A DNA stretch of 64,000 nt from NCBI GenBank assembly GCA_051294375.1, contig CM119268.1, positions 12,903,770 through 12,967,769 on the forward strand, in the 5' to 3' direction. The notes under the pieces were generated by a model. That model saw nothing but the letters and a program-made list of their open reading frames with translations, was not told the DNA's origin and searched no databases. The stretch is from Paraspadella gotoi. Lineage: Eukaryota; Animalia; Chaetognatha. Position numbers and translations under genes: made by a program. Of this stretch, positions 11,426-34,589 are shown piece after piece; position 1 is the stretch's first letter; every line of letters starts with the position of its first letter.

Positions 11426-14400
11426 ATGCCTTTGACTAAGCAATACCTTCGTTACGTGGCCGGCGGCGTCTTTGGTGTCGTCGCTTCGCCGGCTTTCCGA
11501 TGCATTGTCTACCTCGACAGAAGATTCCAAATTCGAGGACTCGGCGACGACGCCACGAATAATCCCGCTCATGGTGATCTAAAACTGATTAATAACTCTT
11601 GTTTGAGGCTGTTATTTAATTTCATTTTCATCCTTCAGAGGGTTTCGTCGCCGTGGCTGCTTGCGAATCTGTCGTCGTTTGGGACCCAAAAACCGGAAAC
11701 GAAGTGACGCGTCTTGTCGGCGATAAAAGCGCCGTCACTGCCGTCTCCTCTTCGCCCGACAACAAGCGCCTTGCCGTCGGTTACGAAGACGGCGCCATTA
11801 GGATGTTTGATTTGTCGGTCAGTGCAAATTTACCAGTTCTTTTTTCCCTATGCTATGCAGTTTCGTAAAAATTTGAAAAATTCATAATTGAACGTTGACA
11901 GGCCGACGTTGGCTCACCCGATTATTGCGTGACGTTTCAAGGTCACAAGAAAGGAATCAACGCCGTGAATTTTGATTCGACCGGAAGTCGGCTCGCGTCG
12001 GCTTCTAAGGACGCCACCATCATTGTGTGGGACGTTGTCGCCGAATGCGGAGTCGTCCGACTCAAGGGTCACAAGGATGCCGTTACTCAGGTGTGAAATG
12101 GAAGTTTCGGACCGAATGAGAACGAATCATTACCTGATTATAACGCTTCTCATCTCTTATGCTCAATTGCTTATATCATTTAGACGCGGTTTTGCGACAA
12201 GTATCCTTACTTAATCTCGTCTTCCAAAGACGCCCTCCTAAAATTCTGGGATTTGGACACCAATCACTGTTTCAAGACAGTTCCAGGTACGTGATCTAAA
12301 AATTATTTCTTAGGAATGTAATTTATCGCCATCATATTCTCCGACTCCCCTGCAGGTCATCGAACGGAAGTTTGGGACTTCGATTTCGTCTGCGATCAAA
12401 AGTTTATCGTTTCCGGATCAGCGGACAACGAGATTCGGTTGTGGGAAATTCTCCATCGGGATCGAGCCGAGGACGACGATCAACCTGAGGTAGAGGGCTT
12501 CTATTGCTTATTTCATGTATTCTAAATCAAGTAGGATTATTGCGTCATTTGACGTTCAGAAAAAAAAAGATGTTGAATTTGCTTTTTCCTACGATTAAGT
12601 CTCGCGCGTGGGCGAAGAAACGAAAAATCGCCGGAGAAGACGAAGATGGTAACGATGACGACGACGACGAAGACAAAGTGAATTTCGAAACGGAGGAGAC
12701 GGAGGAAGATAAAGACTGGGTCTCCTGTCTAAAAGTGGCCTCCCTTTTGAGAGAAGGAAAGGAGCGGGTGGTGCAGGTGAGGCTTAATTTCTAATTTTAG
12801 TCTTTGCCGCCGGGGGATAGAATAAATTTCGCTTTTCGTTCAAGGTGAAATCGGATGCGCTCGGTCGCGTCATCGGTCTCCACGGCAACGACAATCTTCT
12901 TGAACTCTTTCTCGTTCGCACGGACGAAGAGATGGAAAAGCTGCGCAAAAAGCGACGAAAGAAGATGACGAAGAAGAAGAGGAAAAACGATGACGACGAC
13001 GATGACGCGAGAGACGACGTGCGTCACGAGGAGCGTCTGGCGAGACTGAAATCCATCAAACCGACAAAGTCGGCCGGCGGAGGAAGGCGGGCCAAGATTA
13101 AAGGTTTGGTCTTGACTCTCTTTTTTCCACATCGATTCGCATTAATTTAACACTGATTTTACATAAAAACGACAGAAGAAAGTCTTAATTGTTATGCTGG
13201 AATTTAAAAGAAAAAGATAAACGCCTTTCTGTTATAGGTTTGAACAGAGAATAAGATAAAACGACCTCTGTTCTTATTTACAATAGGCTTCGATCTCCGC
13301 GTGTCGTCAACCTCCGTCTCTATCTCTCTACTGATGCACAACAACCTCGTATCCTTTTTCACATCGCCCCTTAAGCCGTCCGACTCAACGCCTCCCGACT
13401 TTCGCCGCGCTCTCGGCGCCGCCGGCCACCGCAGCGACGTCCGTGCTCTCGCCCTCTCCTCGGACGGCTTTCATCTTCTCACCGCCTCGGCCGAATCTCT
13501 TAAAGGTACGTTATATTTGCTGAAGTTAATTAAACTCCCGGACTATATAGACATTGTGTTTCGACTTTCGACGTTTTAAATTTAGAGAAGAACATAGTTT
13601 ATATTGTTAACAAACGATTTTTTTGTTAAATTAAACGAACATGGTTCGACTCAATGGTTGCGAGTGTAAAGTAAAAGTAAAAGTTTTACTTTGCGCTGAT
13701 GAAGACTCGAAACATGACCGTTTTATTTAACAAAAAACTATAAAAACTTAATTTTCTCTAAGCTTCCAGACTAGAAAATTGCCCACAGCTTGATATATAG
13801 GAATCCATCTCTTTTAGAGATGGGGGATGTCCCACTTTTAGAAAATTTCCCCGGGTCAGGTTGCCTCGGTTATTCCTGTCTGTTCTCTAGCGTGATGATT
13901 TAATGGGAATGGGAATGGGAGACGTGGAAAAAATTTGATTTTAACCTTGGAGAGGAAAAGCGGTCGGAGTCATCATTTTGGGCACTGGGCGGCAGCGTTG
14001 ATGTAGAGTAGGAAAATCGAATTAAAGCCGTAAACATGGTTTAACGTATTCCGTGCTGAGAGCGTCATAAAAAAAATTGGGGTAGAGGGGGATGAAGCTA
14101 CATTTTTAGTTGCGCCGCGAGTACTTGCGGAGTAACTCTAAATAAGTTACTTGTCGGTCTGTCCCAGTTACGCTAAAAATGTTCATAACTCGCCCATAGT
14201 TAGTTTCTTATTTGTTAAGAAAAGAAAAATCCTAAAATTTAAATGAACGAAATCCTAAAACTATCAAGAATAAAAGACGGAATTCCGATGCAGTGCGTGT
14301 CATAAATACACAGGCTCAGAAAGTTATATTCTAGTCATGTCATGTCACGAGAAATACATGTGAAAATAAAGTCGTTGTGGCGCAACACATTGGATGAACC

Positions 14401-17249
14401 GATCTTGTTTCTTTTAAATAAGCCATGTAGTAGATGCAAATCAACCAATGTTTTTATTTGCTTTGTAATATAATAGATCGTTATTATTGATGAAGCTATT
14501 TTTCTTTTTCCAGTGTGGACAATTCTGCGTCGCGACGCATCCAACTTTGACTCCGCCCCCACCCACCATCTTCACCCAATCTCCACTCTTCCTTGCGAAT
14601 ACGCTCTCGACGCGGCGTTTTTGCCCGGCGACCGTCACGCTGTCGTCGCCGCCAAATCGGGCGTCATTCAACTCTTCGACGTGGCGGCCGCCTTGCCGCT
14701 GGAGGTGAGTCAAATTGAGATGACGGCTTCGGTTACCTCGCCTTTTACATTTTTACATTGTCTCTTTTATTTCAGAAAAAAAAATGTAAATTTTCTGTTC
14801 CTTTCGCAGAGTCTGCAAGCCCACGCCCCTTTCGAATGTTGGTCCATCTCCTTGTCTCCCGACCGGCGCGGCCTCGTCACCGGCGGCGGAGATAAAACCG
14901 TGAAATTTTGGGACTTCGAGCTCGTTTCCGGGCGAAGCGAGGAGGCGGAGGCAGAGGACGGAGGTGAGCGAATCGATACTTGATTCTGTTTTGCCAGAGT
15001 GGGTTTACGAGCTGGGCCCAGTTGGGGTCACGGCGACTCTTGGATTTTAATGGTTGTTGGTCGTTGCACTCGCGGGTGTTTATTTAGCCGATGTCTTGTT
15101 TAATTTTCGCCGTTTTGTTTTTCTTTTTTTTTCTTTTATTTTTTTTTCTCGGTCCTATTAATATTTCGTGCTTTACCGTTTATCTCTAAACCCGATTTTT
15201 TTTTGCCCTATCTCTCTCTATGTAGGTATTCTCACTGCTTGATTTCACAAGAAGAAAAAAAAACTTTTTTTACCTTAACAGGCGTTGCCACTGCCTCCTC
15301 AAGCGGTGGAAAGCAATTGACTTTGTTGCACAAGCGAACTCTACAGCTTGATGAGTCAGTACTCGGTGTCAAGGTGAATAGTCCAAATTTTACTACATAG
15401 ATAATGAAAACATTTTTTAGTTAAATATTTTTCTCAAAATTTGTGTTTATATACCCAGTACACTCCTGACGGCAAGCTGGTTGCCGCGGCTCTGCTGGAC
15501 TCTACCGTAAAAATATTTTTCGTGGACACGCTCAAGTTCTTTCTTTCACTCTATGGCCACAAATTGCCCGTCCTCGCGATGGACGTCTCATCCGACTCCA
15601 CTCTCATCGCCACCGCCTCTGCCGACAGGAATGTCAAAATATGGGGTCTCGATTTCGGCGACTGTCACAAGTCCATCTTCGCCCACGAGGTTCGTTCGTC
15701 CGGCCACAATGCAAATCAATGCATTGCGTCGTATTGTTTCTTTTCATGTTTTTGTGGGTTAATTTTACTTTCGCCGAAAGGGGTTGGGGGGGGGGTTAGT
15801 GTTAAGGGTGGTTTAGGGTTAAGGTTGGGTGGGTTAGGGTAATTAAATAATATTATTTCACATTTTTTAAAAAAAATAAGTATTTTTAAATCGTTTTTCA
15901 AAAGACGCCAAAACCCCGGTCAGTCAAAAAATTTTGTCGTTTTTGTTTCCTAATACATATGTTCGTCTTTATCTTTAGGATTCCATCCTCGATCTTAGAT
16001 TTATTCCTAAAACGCACCTTTTCTTCTCCTGCGGAAAAGATGGGAAAATCAACCAGTGGGACGCGGACAAGTTTGAGAAGGTCATCACTTTGGAAGGCCA
16101 TCAAGACGACGTCCTCGCCATTGCCGTCACCCAAAATGGAGGCCATTTGATTTCCGCGGGTCAGAGAGAGAGAGAGAGAAACCTTTGTCGTGAAGCCAAA
16201 AAAAAAATTATAAATGATTTTTGTCGCCGTCGTCGTCGTCACCTACAGGTCGGGACAAATCCATTCGTTTGTGGAACAAGACGAAGGAGATCGTGATACC
16301 CGCCGAGGAAGAAGAGGAAGCGCGAGAGCGGGAATTTGAAGGCGCCGCCGCCGACGCGGAAGAGGGCGTGGTTCCGGGCGAGGACGGAATGGCAGGCGAG
16401 ACGGGCCGCGCCGGGCGTCGCACTTTGGAGACCGTCAAAATGGCGGAGAGGCTCTTGGAGGCCTTGGAGATTTACGAAGAAGAGACGAACAAGCTAAAAG
16501 TAATTTCGATAATATTAAAATGTTTATTTTTTTTTTTTGTAAATGTTCTTGACGCATTTAGGAAGTGGAGGGGCTTGACTCAAAAACCAAGATCACTCTC
16601 CACCCCATGTTCATCGCCTACAATGTATCCTCTCCTCTCGAATTCGTCGTGGAAGCGATGAAACGAGTGAAAGCGCCCGAGTTGGAAGAGTCTCTCTTGA
16701 TTCTTCCTTTTCACAAGGTCGCCCTGCTTCTTAATCTTCTTCTTCTCATCCTGACAAAATCCGGTCACGAGACCGAACTCTGCGTCCGAGTCTTGGTCTT
16801 TCTGCTTAAGGTGCTGTATGATTTACTGTAAATTTTAAAAAGATATTTTAAGTACGATATTTGAACCCTGTCGTTCGCAGGTGCATCATGGGCAGGTGTC
16901 AACTTCGAAATCGCTGCTACCTGTTGTGGAAGATTTGAAGAGAGTTGCTCAGGAACGGACGAAAGAGAGACTGGATCAGGTTAGATTAAAATCTGAGCAG
17001 AATGACTTGAGGGTTATTGATAAAAAATTATCAATTCGTGTTGCTCTCCTCCTCCCTCAGGCCGGGTTCAACATGGCGGGCCTAAAATTCGTGCAACGCC
17101 GTTTGGAGGCTGATGGTCTCGTCGGGGACGAAGCTCCTTTGTTTTACGATGCCACCGCTAAATTTAAACAAAAGATAAAGAAGGCGAAAAAGTCGAAGAT
17201 GGAAGGAGAGGACGCCGTCAAAACGGCCGCCATTCTTACTATTGTGTGA
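11426..17249 (+). CDS. WDR3: WD40 SSU processome component WDR3/Utp12/Dip2, multi-exon
   Basis: [10 protein letters not shown] start; [12 protein letters not shown]; GHRSDVRAL; [16 protein letters not shown]; [16 protein letters not shown]; [26 protein letters not shown]; Utp12 domain [11 protein letters not shown]…GFNMAGL. Confidence 0.95.
13581..13761. mobile_element. Palindromic Penelope-like remnant with a degenerate minimal hammerhead core, in a WDR3 intron
   Basis: Inverted arms ttttttgttaaattaaacgaacatggttcga and tcgaaacatgaccgttttatttaacaaaaaa; CTGATGAagactcGAAAC at 13696-13713. Confidence 0.45.
14104..14409 (-). mobile_element. Helentron/HINE-like element, family B, in a WDR3 intron
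   Basis: Both ends match the reverse complement of 53871-54220: aacaagatcggtt.atccaatgtgttgcgc and the …gtactcgcggcgcaactaaaa hairpin. Confidence 0.7.
15780..15840 (+). repeat. G-rich degenerate (TTAGGG)-like tract in a WDR3 intron
   Basis: ggggttggggggggggttagtgttaagggtggtttagggttaaggttgggtgggttagggt. Confidence 0.7.
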
Positions 17250-17440
17250 GAGACAGTCGGCCCTGTCTGGCAGACAACTCGTTGACCGTATTTTCCCTGG
17301 TCGCGCTGGACGCTTGTTTATTTTTTTTAGTTATTTAATTAGCGAACTTTACCGTTACTGTTAAGGTATAATTCGTTGTTGCGTTTTGTTTTTGTTAAGT
17401 TGAAAATGTTTCTACAGCAAAGTCTTAAACGCGATTGGCC

Positions 17441-19988
17441 ATGAGTGCAAGTGACAGCCTGTCGATTGAAGAAGTTTTTTGTTCCAAAGAGCATCACGGC
17501 AAAAAACCGAAGAAATCGAAAAAATCGAAAAAGAAAGAGAAAGATGAAGCTTTAGAATCTGAACGCTTGTTGGTTGAGGAACAAATTTTAAGAAAAAATA
17601 AAAAAAAGAAAAAGAAAAGAATAAAACCTGATTCTAGTTGTGAAACGGATGGTAAGAATATTGTCGAAACAGTTGTTTCCGCCAAGGAAAAAAAGAAAAG
17701 GAAAAGAAGTAACGAAGATGGCGACGATGATACTAAGCCAAGGAAGAAGAAAAAGACAAAGGTTGCCGACTGCGAAACCGATTTCGCGAACGTTGACTTT
17801 GAGGAAAAAAATATCGGGATTTCCCATAAGGTGAAAAAGAAGAAAAAGAAAAGGGGCGAATCTACATTACACAAAAAACGTGCCAACCATCTCAAGAACG
17901 AAAGGAAATCGAGCCGAGAAGAAGATATTTCAATTAGTTCCGGGTTTCTGAAAAGAAAGAAAACAAATAAAAAAATATCCGAGGACGCGGATGTTGATTC
18001 CAGTTCTCATTCAGCTGTGCTCGATGATGTAGGCGAGTTAGATTTTACGGAGGAAGTCGACCGAGCTGCTGACTTGAATCCTGCTTGGCCGACATCGGCC
18101 CAAAATGATGATAATCTCGTACCCCAAGATAAACACTTAGTTCTCGAAAATGACGACCTTTATATCAATAGTTGGAATACCGCTCAAGGTAATACATCAC
18201 AGATTTAATTAAATTGTTTAAAAATTTTAAAATTACTCCTTTCTTTAGGCAAATCGGATACAAGCATTAAAGCCTTTCTTGCGAACGCTCGTTTAAAAAT
18301 ATCTAAAACGAAGAAATCTGAAAAGATAACAAATTTACGTGGGGAAGAGGTCACCGATTACAGGCGAGTTCGAAAGGTCTGTCACGAAAACATGGTGCGA
18401 TATTTATCCAACGCTTTTTCATCGTCGTTTTTAGAAATTTGCAATTTGATGACAATCCTATGACCTCGGCCCTTTGGGCTCGGCACAATCGGGGAAGATT
18501 CACCTCGATCGTCGTCAAACTCAATGAGAAAAGCACAGCAGGCTTAACGTTTACTCTCGAGGAAGCCAACGACGTTATGGATTATCTGATGGCTCACCGC
18601 GAATCCGTCGGTGGACACCCTTATCACTTCAGCATCACCATCCCCTCCAAGTTTCACTTTGCCTTTGATCGAAACTTTTTAAGCGCTCTCAAGTCTCGGG
18701 GTTTCGACCTTCGATTCGGCTTCTTCACCAAACGAGAGGACAAAATTTTGACGGAAAATACGGAACTCTTCCTGTCCTCGCACGGGATTTCCTCTTCCAA
18801 CAGAGCAAAGATCGATGAAATTTTCTTTTCTGACCACTGCAACGAATTCCGGAAGGAGACGGGTGAGATTTCTCTCAATGCATATTAATCTTGCCAAATG
18901 ACTCTTTTGCCAAAAACCGCGCTCCCCCAGGTTTTCTGGTTTTTGCCGCTCACCGATTGCCGCGTACTTCTGACCAAGTATACGCTAGATTAAAAGCCCT
19001 ATATCACAAAGGAAATTACAAAGGTCGATATAGTGCAGCCGAAATACAAAGGTTGGTAGATTTCTACAAGGAAGTCAAATCATCTGGTCGGACAATCACT
19101 AGAGGTCATCGCGGGGAGTTCAAGCAGATGGAAGAGCCCATGGGTCGATTCCGAATAGCTCTCAATATGAAATATCACCAGATAAGGAGAGCTATGGAGG
19201 GGGATCAGGTTAACATAGGCCGAACAGTGGTCAACGCTATTTTCGCCGCCATCGCGACGGTGACTGGGACGACAGACTTGGCCTCTCTCTCCAATATTCC
19301 CTGGGATGAAGTAGTTCAAGAACTGGTCGAGCAGAACCAGCCGGAGGCGAAATCCCTCACGGCTGCTTGGCTGAAGTCCTTCTGGGAGAGGGATGGACTT
19401 CGCAGATTTCGCCTCCGCGTCAGGAAAAAATGGACCGGCAACGACTGGTGGAAACTCGTTCGTGAGATGGAGGAACAACAAATCGGAAATCGATACGGTA
19501 TGCGCGGTTGACCATTTTAGCTTAATTGTTTGAGTGTGAAGAATGTGAAACTTCTTTAGCAACTGCATCGACCCTTAGTGGTCACCTCCTATCATTAGAG
19601 CGGTTATACTAATGCCGTCTCGCTTAGCACTAAGCAGGAGGTCGCCGTTATTGAACTCGGAATGCAGGTTTAGGATAATTCTATAGCCCGCTAAGCCATT
19701 ATGACTTGGTTGAATGTAGTCGGTGCTGATAGGGCTGATAGTCTGATAGTCTTCCCCAAATTTTATTTGGTTTATTAATCTCTTCCAGTCGACGAGTTTA
19801 ACATTAACTGGGACAATCTTCTTACCAAGTTCGACAATGTCGTTGATGTGAAACACTTGAGAAAACAATGGTTACGTCTCAGGCGCTGTATTCCCTTTTA
19901 CATGCTCAAAGATCTTGGAGCGAGTTTACATTACCTCAAGAAAGAAATTTTGCCAAATCGTTATGTCGAGGATCATCTTGCTTGCTAA
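17441..19988 (+). CDS. Myb/SANT-repeat protein of the TTF1/DMTF1/Reb1 family with a Lys-rich N-terminus, multi-exon
   Basis: FGFFTKREDKIL, LPRTSDQVYARLKALYHKGNYKGRYS..EI, IPWDEVV, KKWTGND, DEFNINWDNL and QWLRLRRCIP; ends at TAA 19986-19988. Confidence 0.65.
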
Positions 19989-20232
19989 TTAGTCGAATGT
20001 GATTCCGTTTTTCGTTTCACCTCATTTTATTTAATTTTGATAATTTTGATGATTTTAATAATTAAGTTTTCAACAAGCGTGTGATTTAGTTTTTAAAGTG
20101 GTATTATTTTTTCAGTCTATTAACGAGCGGACGTTGGCTCAAGTTTTTAAAAAATTGTTGTCATTTGACGTTTTTGTTAACTTTTTTTGCTGTTCTGCAA
20201 ATCGAAATAAACAAAACTATGCTCTATTAACC

Positions 20233-30411
<10,179 letters not shown>

Positions 30412-30884
30412 ACTTTTTTTTAAACTTCTATTTGGCCGTTTTACATGAAATTGTTATCTAGTGCCTCATAAAAATGCCTCGCAAGGCAATTATCCTTTTA
30501 CTAAATTTGTGGGTGTTTTCCCCCATTTGTTGATTTTACTATGAAGTTATATTGTTATTATTACAATTTTTTCAGACAAAAACACGCATTCAACGTTTGC
30601 CAGTATATAGTCATTATATACATTTATTATTTTTAAACGAACACCGCATTACTCAACTTGCTTTCAATCGTTCTCGAGTTTATCAAATAAGATAGAAAAT
30701 TAAAATGGAACCAGAATATTTAATCGCCTTTCCGATTACGACTTTTTACGAAAATCCTCGCTAACTCGAAGAATCTGCCACGATTTTTATTAATTAATTC
30801 AATGAGAGAACATAATAACGGATAAATATTAGAAATTATAAGTAAAAAGAATTCGAGACGCACCGCCCCTCTTCATTTGCGGCG

Positions 30885-33832
30885 ATGTTTTCTCGCAAAG
30901 ACAAACCGATCGGAGACGGCGCCGTTGCCGATGGTTCTGCCTCCCATTCCGATCCCGCCGCCTCCTCTTCTGGAGGACCGCAGGTCGCCAAAGAGTCTCT
31001 TTCCTCGCCAGAGGCTGCTGAAATTAACGGCGCTAACGGGTAATAACTTATAGGATAACTTAAATTACTAAAAACCTTTAAATTATACTTTCTTTTGTTT
31101 GTTTGTGTTATTCCATAACCGTAACTTATAACATAATTTATAACTTAAACCATAACTTATGTTGTAATAATAAAGTTTCACGAGACACCGAAAACCGTAT
31201 CGGTCTATCATGGCGCCTTCTGTCTTTTTTAGCGCCCCCAATGGGTCTTCGGCAAACGACGGGTTAGACTCGAAGAAACTCGGAACGCGTGTCTTTAAAA
31301 AGTCGTCACCCAACGGAAAAATCACAACGTAACGTTGACAATTTTCTACTTGCCCTCTATAGTATTTTGAAACTCGGAATGAATTCATTTTTTTTTTAGC
31401 TATCTCGGCAAACGTGATTTCCTCGATCATGGGGACCACATCGACCCCATCGACGGCGTTGTCCTCATCGACCCCGAGTACCTCAAAGAGCGAAAAGTCC
31501 ACGCCCACGTCCTCGCCGCTTTCCGCTATGGAAGGGAGGACCTCGACGTCCTCGGCCTCACCTTCAGGAAGGACCTCTTTCTCGCCACTTTTCAGGGTGG
31601 GTCCTTGGTGGAATTTTAAAAATAAAAATCGCTTGGTAAAAGATCGTATTCTACGATTTTTATTGTTTCTTGATTTATTTATCGACGAGACTTTTTTTAC
31701 CTTTTTGAAAAATTTTGAACTTTACATAATCTTTCCCTTCGTCCTTCCCTTCCCCAGTCTACCCCCCGATGGACGCGGAGCGCCGACCCTTGACGCGTCT
31801 CCAGGAGCGCCTCATCAAAAAGCTCGGCTCCAACGCCTTCCCTTTTTATTTCGAGATTCCGGGCAACACGCCGGCATCGGTGACGTTGCAGCCGGCGCCA
31901 GGGGACACCGGCAAGCCCTGCGGAGTCGACTACGAGCTGAAGACCTATGTGTCGGACCCAGTCGACCAGGACAAGCCTCACAAGCGCAGCTCCGTTAGGC
32001 TTGCCATCAGAAAATTGACCTACGCGCCAGGTTTCAATAAAGGAAGGAATCGGGGTTATTTGTTAGTTTTTTGTGCATAAATTTTAAGTCTGGTTTTCAT
32101 TTTTCCCCCTTTGTTACCGATGCGACAGCCACGCCCCTCGCCCCGCAGCCATTCGTTGAAGAGTCGCAGGCGTTCCTCATGTCTCCCGCCCCTCTGCATA
32201 TGGAATGCTCTCTCGACAAAGAAATGTATTATCACGGCGAAAGCATTACCGTCAACGTCTTAATAAACAATAACTCCAACAAGACGGTCAAGAAAATCAA
32301 AATCACCGTTCGACAGTACGCCGAGATTTGTCTCTTCTCCACGGCACAGTACAAATGTCCCGTGGCCGAGTTGGAGTCCGAGGACGGTTTTCCGTTGGGA
32401 CCATCCACGCAAATGTCAAAAGTTAGCGAATGAATCTATTTATGTATAGGCCTATAACTTATTTAAATATTTTGCAGGAAAAAAAAATACTTTTGTTACT
32501 TTTAAGGTGTACTCCATCACGCCGGTACTGGACAAAGAGAAGCGAGGCTTAGCCCTCGACGGAAAGCTAAAGCACGAAGACACGAACCTCGCTTCCTCCA
32601 CACTCGTGAAGGACCCTTCGATTAAGGAGAACCTTGGCATCATCGTTTCCTACAAGGTTCGTTAATACAATATGAAACGAAGGGCCGTTTGGAGTATATA
32701 AAGGTTTATAGATATTATAGTTTATAGATATTCCCCTTGGTCGCTATCATGGACATTATATTTAAACTGAAGTTCATTTGAATTGAATTCCCGTAGGTCA
32801 AAGTTCGCCTCTTTATCTCCATGGGCCAAGATGTTTCATTGGAGATACCTTTTACCCTGACGCATCCGAAGCCCGAAGAGGCGGTGGTTCCGGCGCCTTC
32901 ACGGTCCGTCTCTGTTCCGACCTCCGCATCCGTCGCAGATCCGGAGGCCGGCGCCGCAGTCGACGCCAGGTCAGCTTTGTGTTTAATTACTGTTTATATC
33001 AGCTTTTAAAAGTAAACTAAAATTTTAACAAGTCAAATATATTTGTATGAACACTTGCCGTGTGTCCACAAAGTCGCCACTGTCGGGTCGCTACGGAGGA
33101 GAGTAGTCCTCCTCGTCCCTCGCTGACGTCTCCGGAAGTGGGCATGGCCGCGTCTGACGCAGTTATGCGTGCGTCGAAGACGTCGGGTCGCCGTGGTAAC
33201 GGAGGTCGGGGGCTCGGTCGCGCCGTAAGTCGACGCCGTGAGTCATTGGTCGGCGAGGCTGTCGTCACCCGAGTGTGGTCGAATGGAATGGACCACAAGT
33301 CCGTCCACAAGTCTATGACGGAGCTAAAGTCTGACCACAAGCGCATCCACGAGTCCCGAGGTGTGATCTCATGGTGGGCTCTATGGCCACAATGTCTCTG
33401 TCTGTAAACTGTATCGAAAGGGTGACGTGACGTGAAGGGTCCTGAGCCTCGTAAAAGACAGTTTTGTGACGGTCCTAAGTATCTATGTATGTGCCTTGAA
33501 TATCTGGTAAGAAAAGAAAAGTGGAGTGAAAATCTCCTAAAGAAAAGAAAAGAAAAGAGACATCTATCGGCAGAAACGGTAATAACAAAGGGCAAGCAAA
33601 TAAATGGGGGGAAAAGGGGGACATATCTCTACAATATTTTCTGCTTTCCTATTTCAGCGCGTCGGGAGGAGGGGACGCGGACGCAGTTCCGGTCGATACT
33701 AACCTCATCCAGTTGGAGGACGAAGACGATGTGGCCAGACTCAATGGTGGCGACGAGGACGACGACATCATCTTCGAAGACTTCGCGCGCCTTCGGCTCA
33801 AGGGTCACGACACTGACGACCTCGACGTTTGA
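30885..33832 (+). CDS. ARRB1: Beta-arrestin (non-visual, Kurtz-like), multi-exon
   Basis: [80 protein letters not shown], clathrin box NLIQLE and AP2 motif [16 protein letters not shown]. Confidence 0.95.
33074..33407 (+). CDS. Putative alternative terminal exon of beta-arrestin, ending [11 protein letters not shown]
   Basis: The acceptor cacaaag| at 33073 joins the phase-2 donor at 32970 in frame. The 110 open codons have exon-like GC, and AATAAA follows at 33599-33604. Confidence 0.55.
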
Positions 33833-34589
33833 ATCGGAAGTGAGGATGACGCAAGACGACGAATTGGGTCGGCGAATGTTGGGCTAATCCACTTCGGTGG
33901 AGAGATCGAGCGCATCTTTCGTTCGTTTCGATGACAAAAAAGTCTAAACCCTTTATCCGCCGCGTAAAGAATATGAATCGATAAGTCCTGTTTTTGCGCA
34001 ATATGGTGGCCGAAAGCAACTGCCCCGGTTTTTACGGTTTATTTCGATATTATTGTTTATTTTGGCGAGAGTTCTGGATGCTGTCTTTAGTTGCAAAAAA
34101 TATAATTGTTTATTAACAAAACATCCAAAGATATGTCGTGACGCCGTATATATTTCGTGTGTGTCATCGTATTTTTTAAATCCTTGAATCAAAAATAAGT
34201 TTCGAAACTTCGAAACAAAAACAAGGATCTGCAACCGTATTTCACGCGTTCTTGTAATACTTTCATATAAATTTAATATTTCAGCTACTCAGTTTACCAA
34301 CGAAATGGTAGTTTCGTGAATTCGTGTATTTTATCGATGATAAAGACGATAGTTTCACTGGATTAACTGATGTAGCCAATTGTATTCTCAAAGAATACGC
34401 AATCTGTCGTGTTTTCGCTTAGAAAATATTGGACTTTCTAAAACTAGGATACTAAATAACTACTGAAGCTCTATTCTGAAATTTAATACATAACGCTAAC
34501 ATTTTGAATTTGTTAACAAGGTGGAGGAAAATTGGTTGAATAATGAATCAAATGTATCCTGTTTTTTTCTCTCATCTATTTTTGTCACT

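Noticed and set aside
14994-15095. GC-rich hairpin segment in a WDR3 intron (snoRNA or exon)
   Set aside because: No sense-strand boxes; as an exon it has an in-frame stop and a 34-nt upstream intron.
19672-19686. aggataattctatag resembles U3 snoRNA box A
   Set aside because: Mismatch in the 18S-pairing bases and no downstream B/C boxes at U3 spacing.
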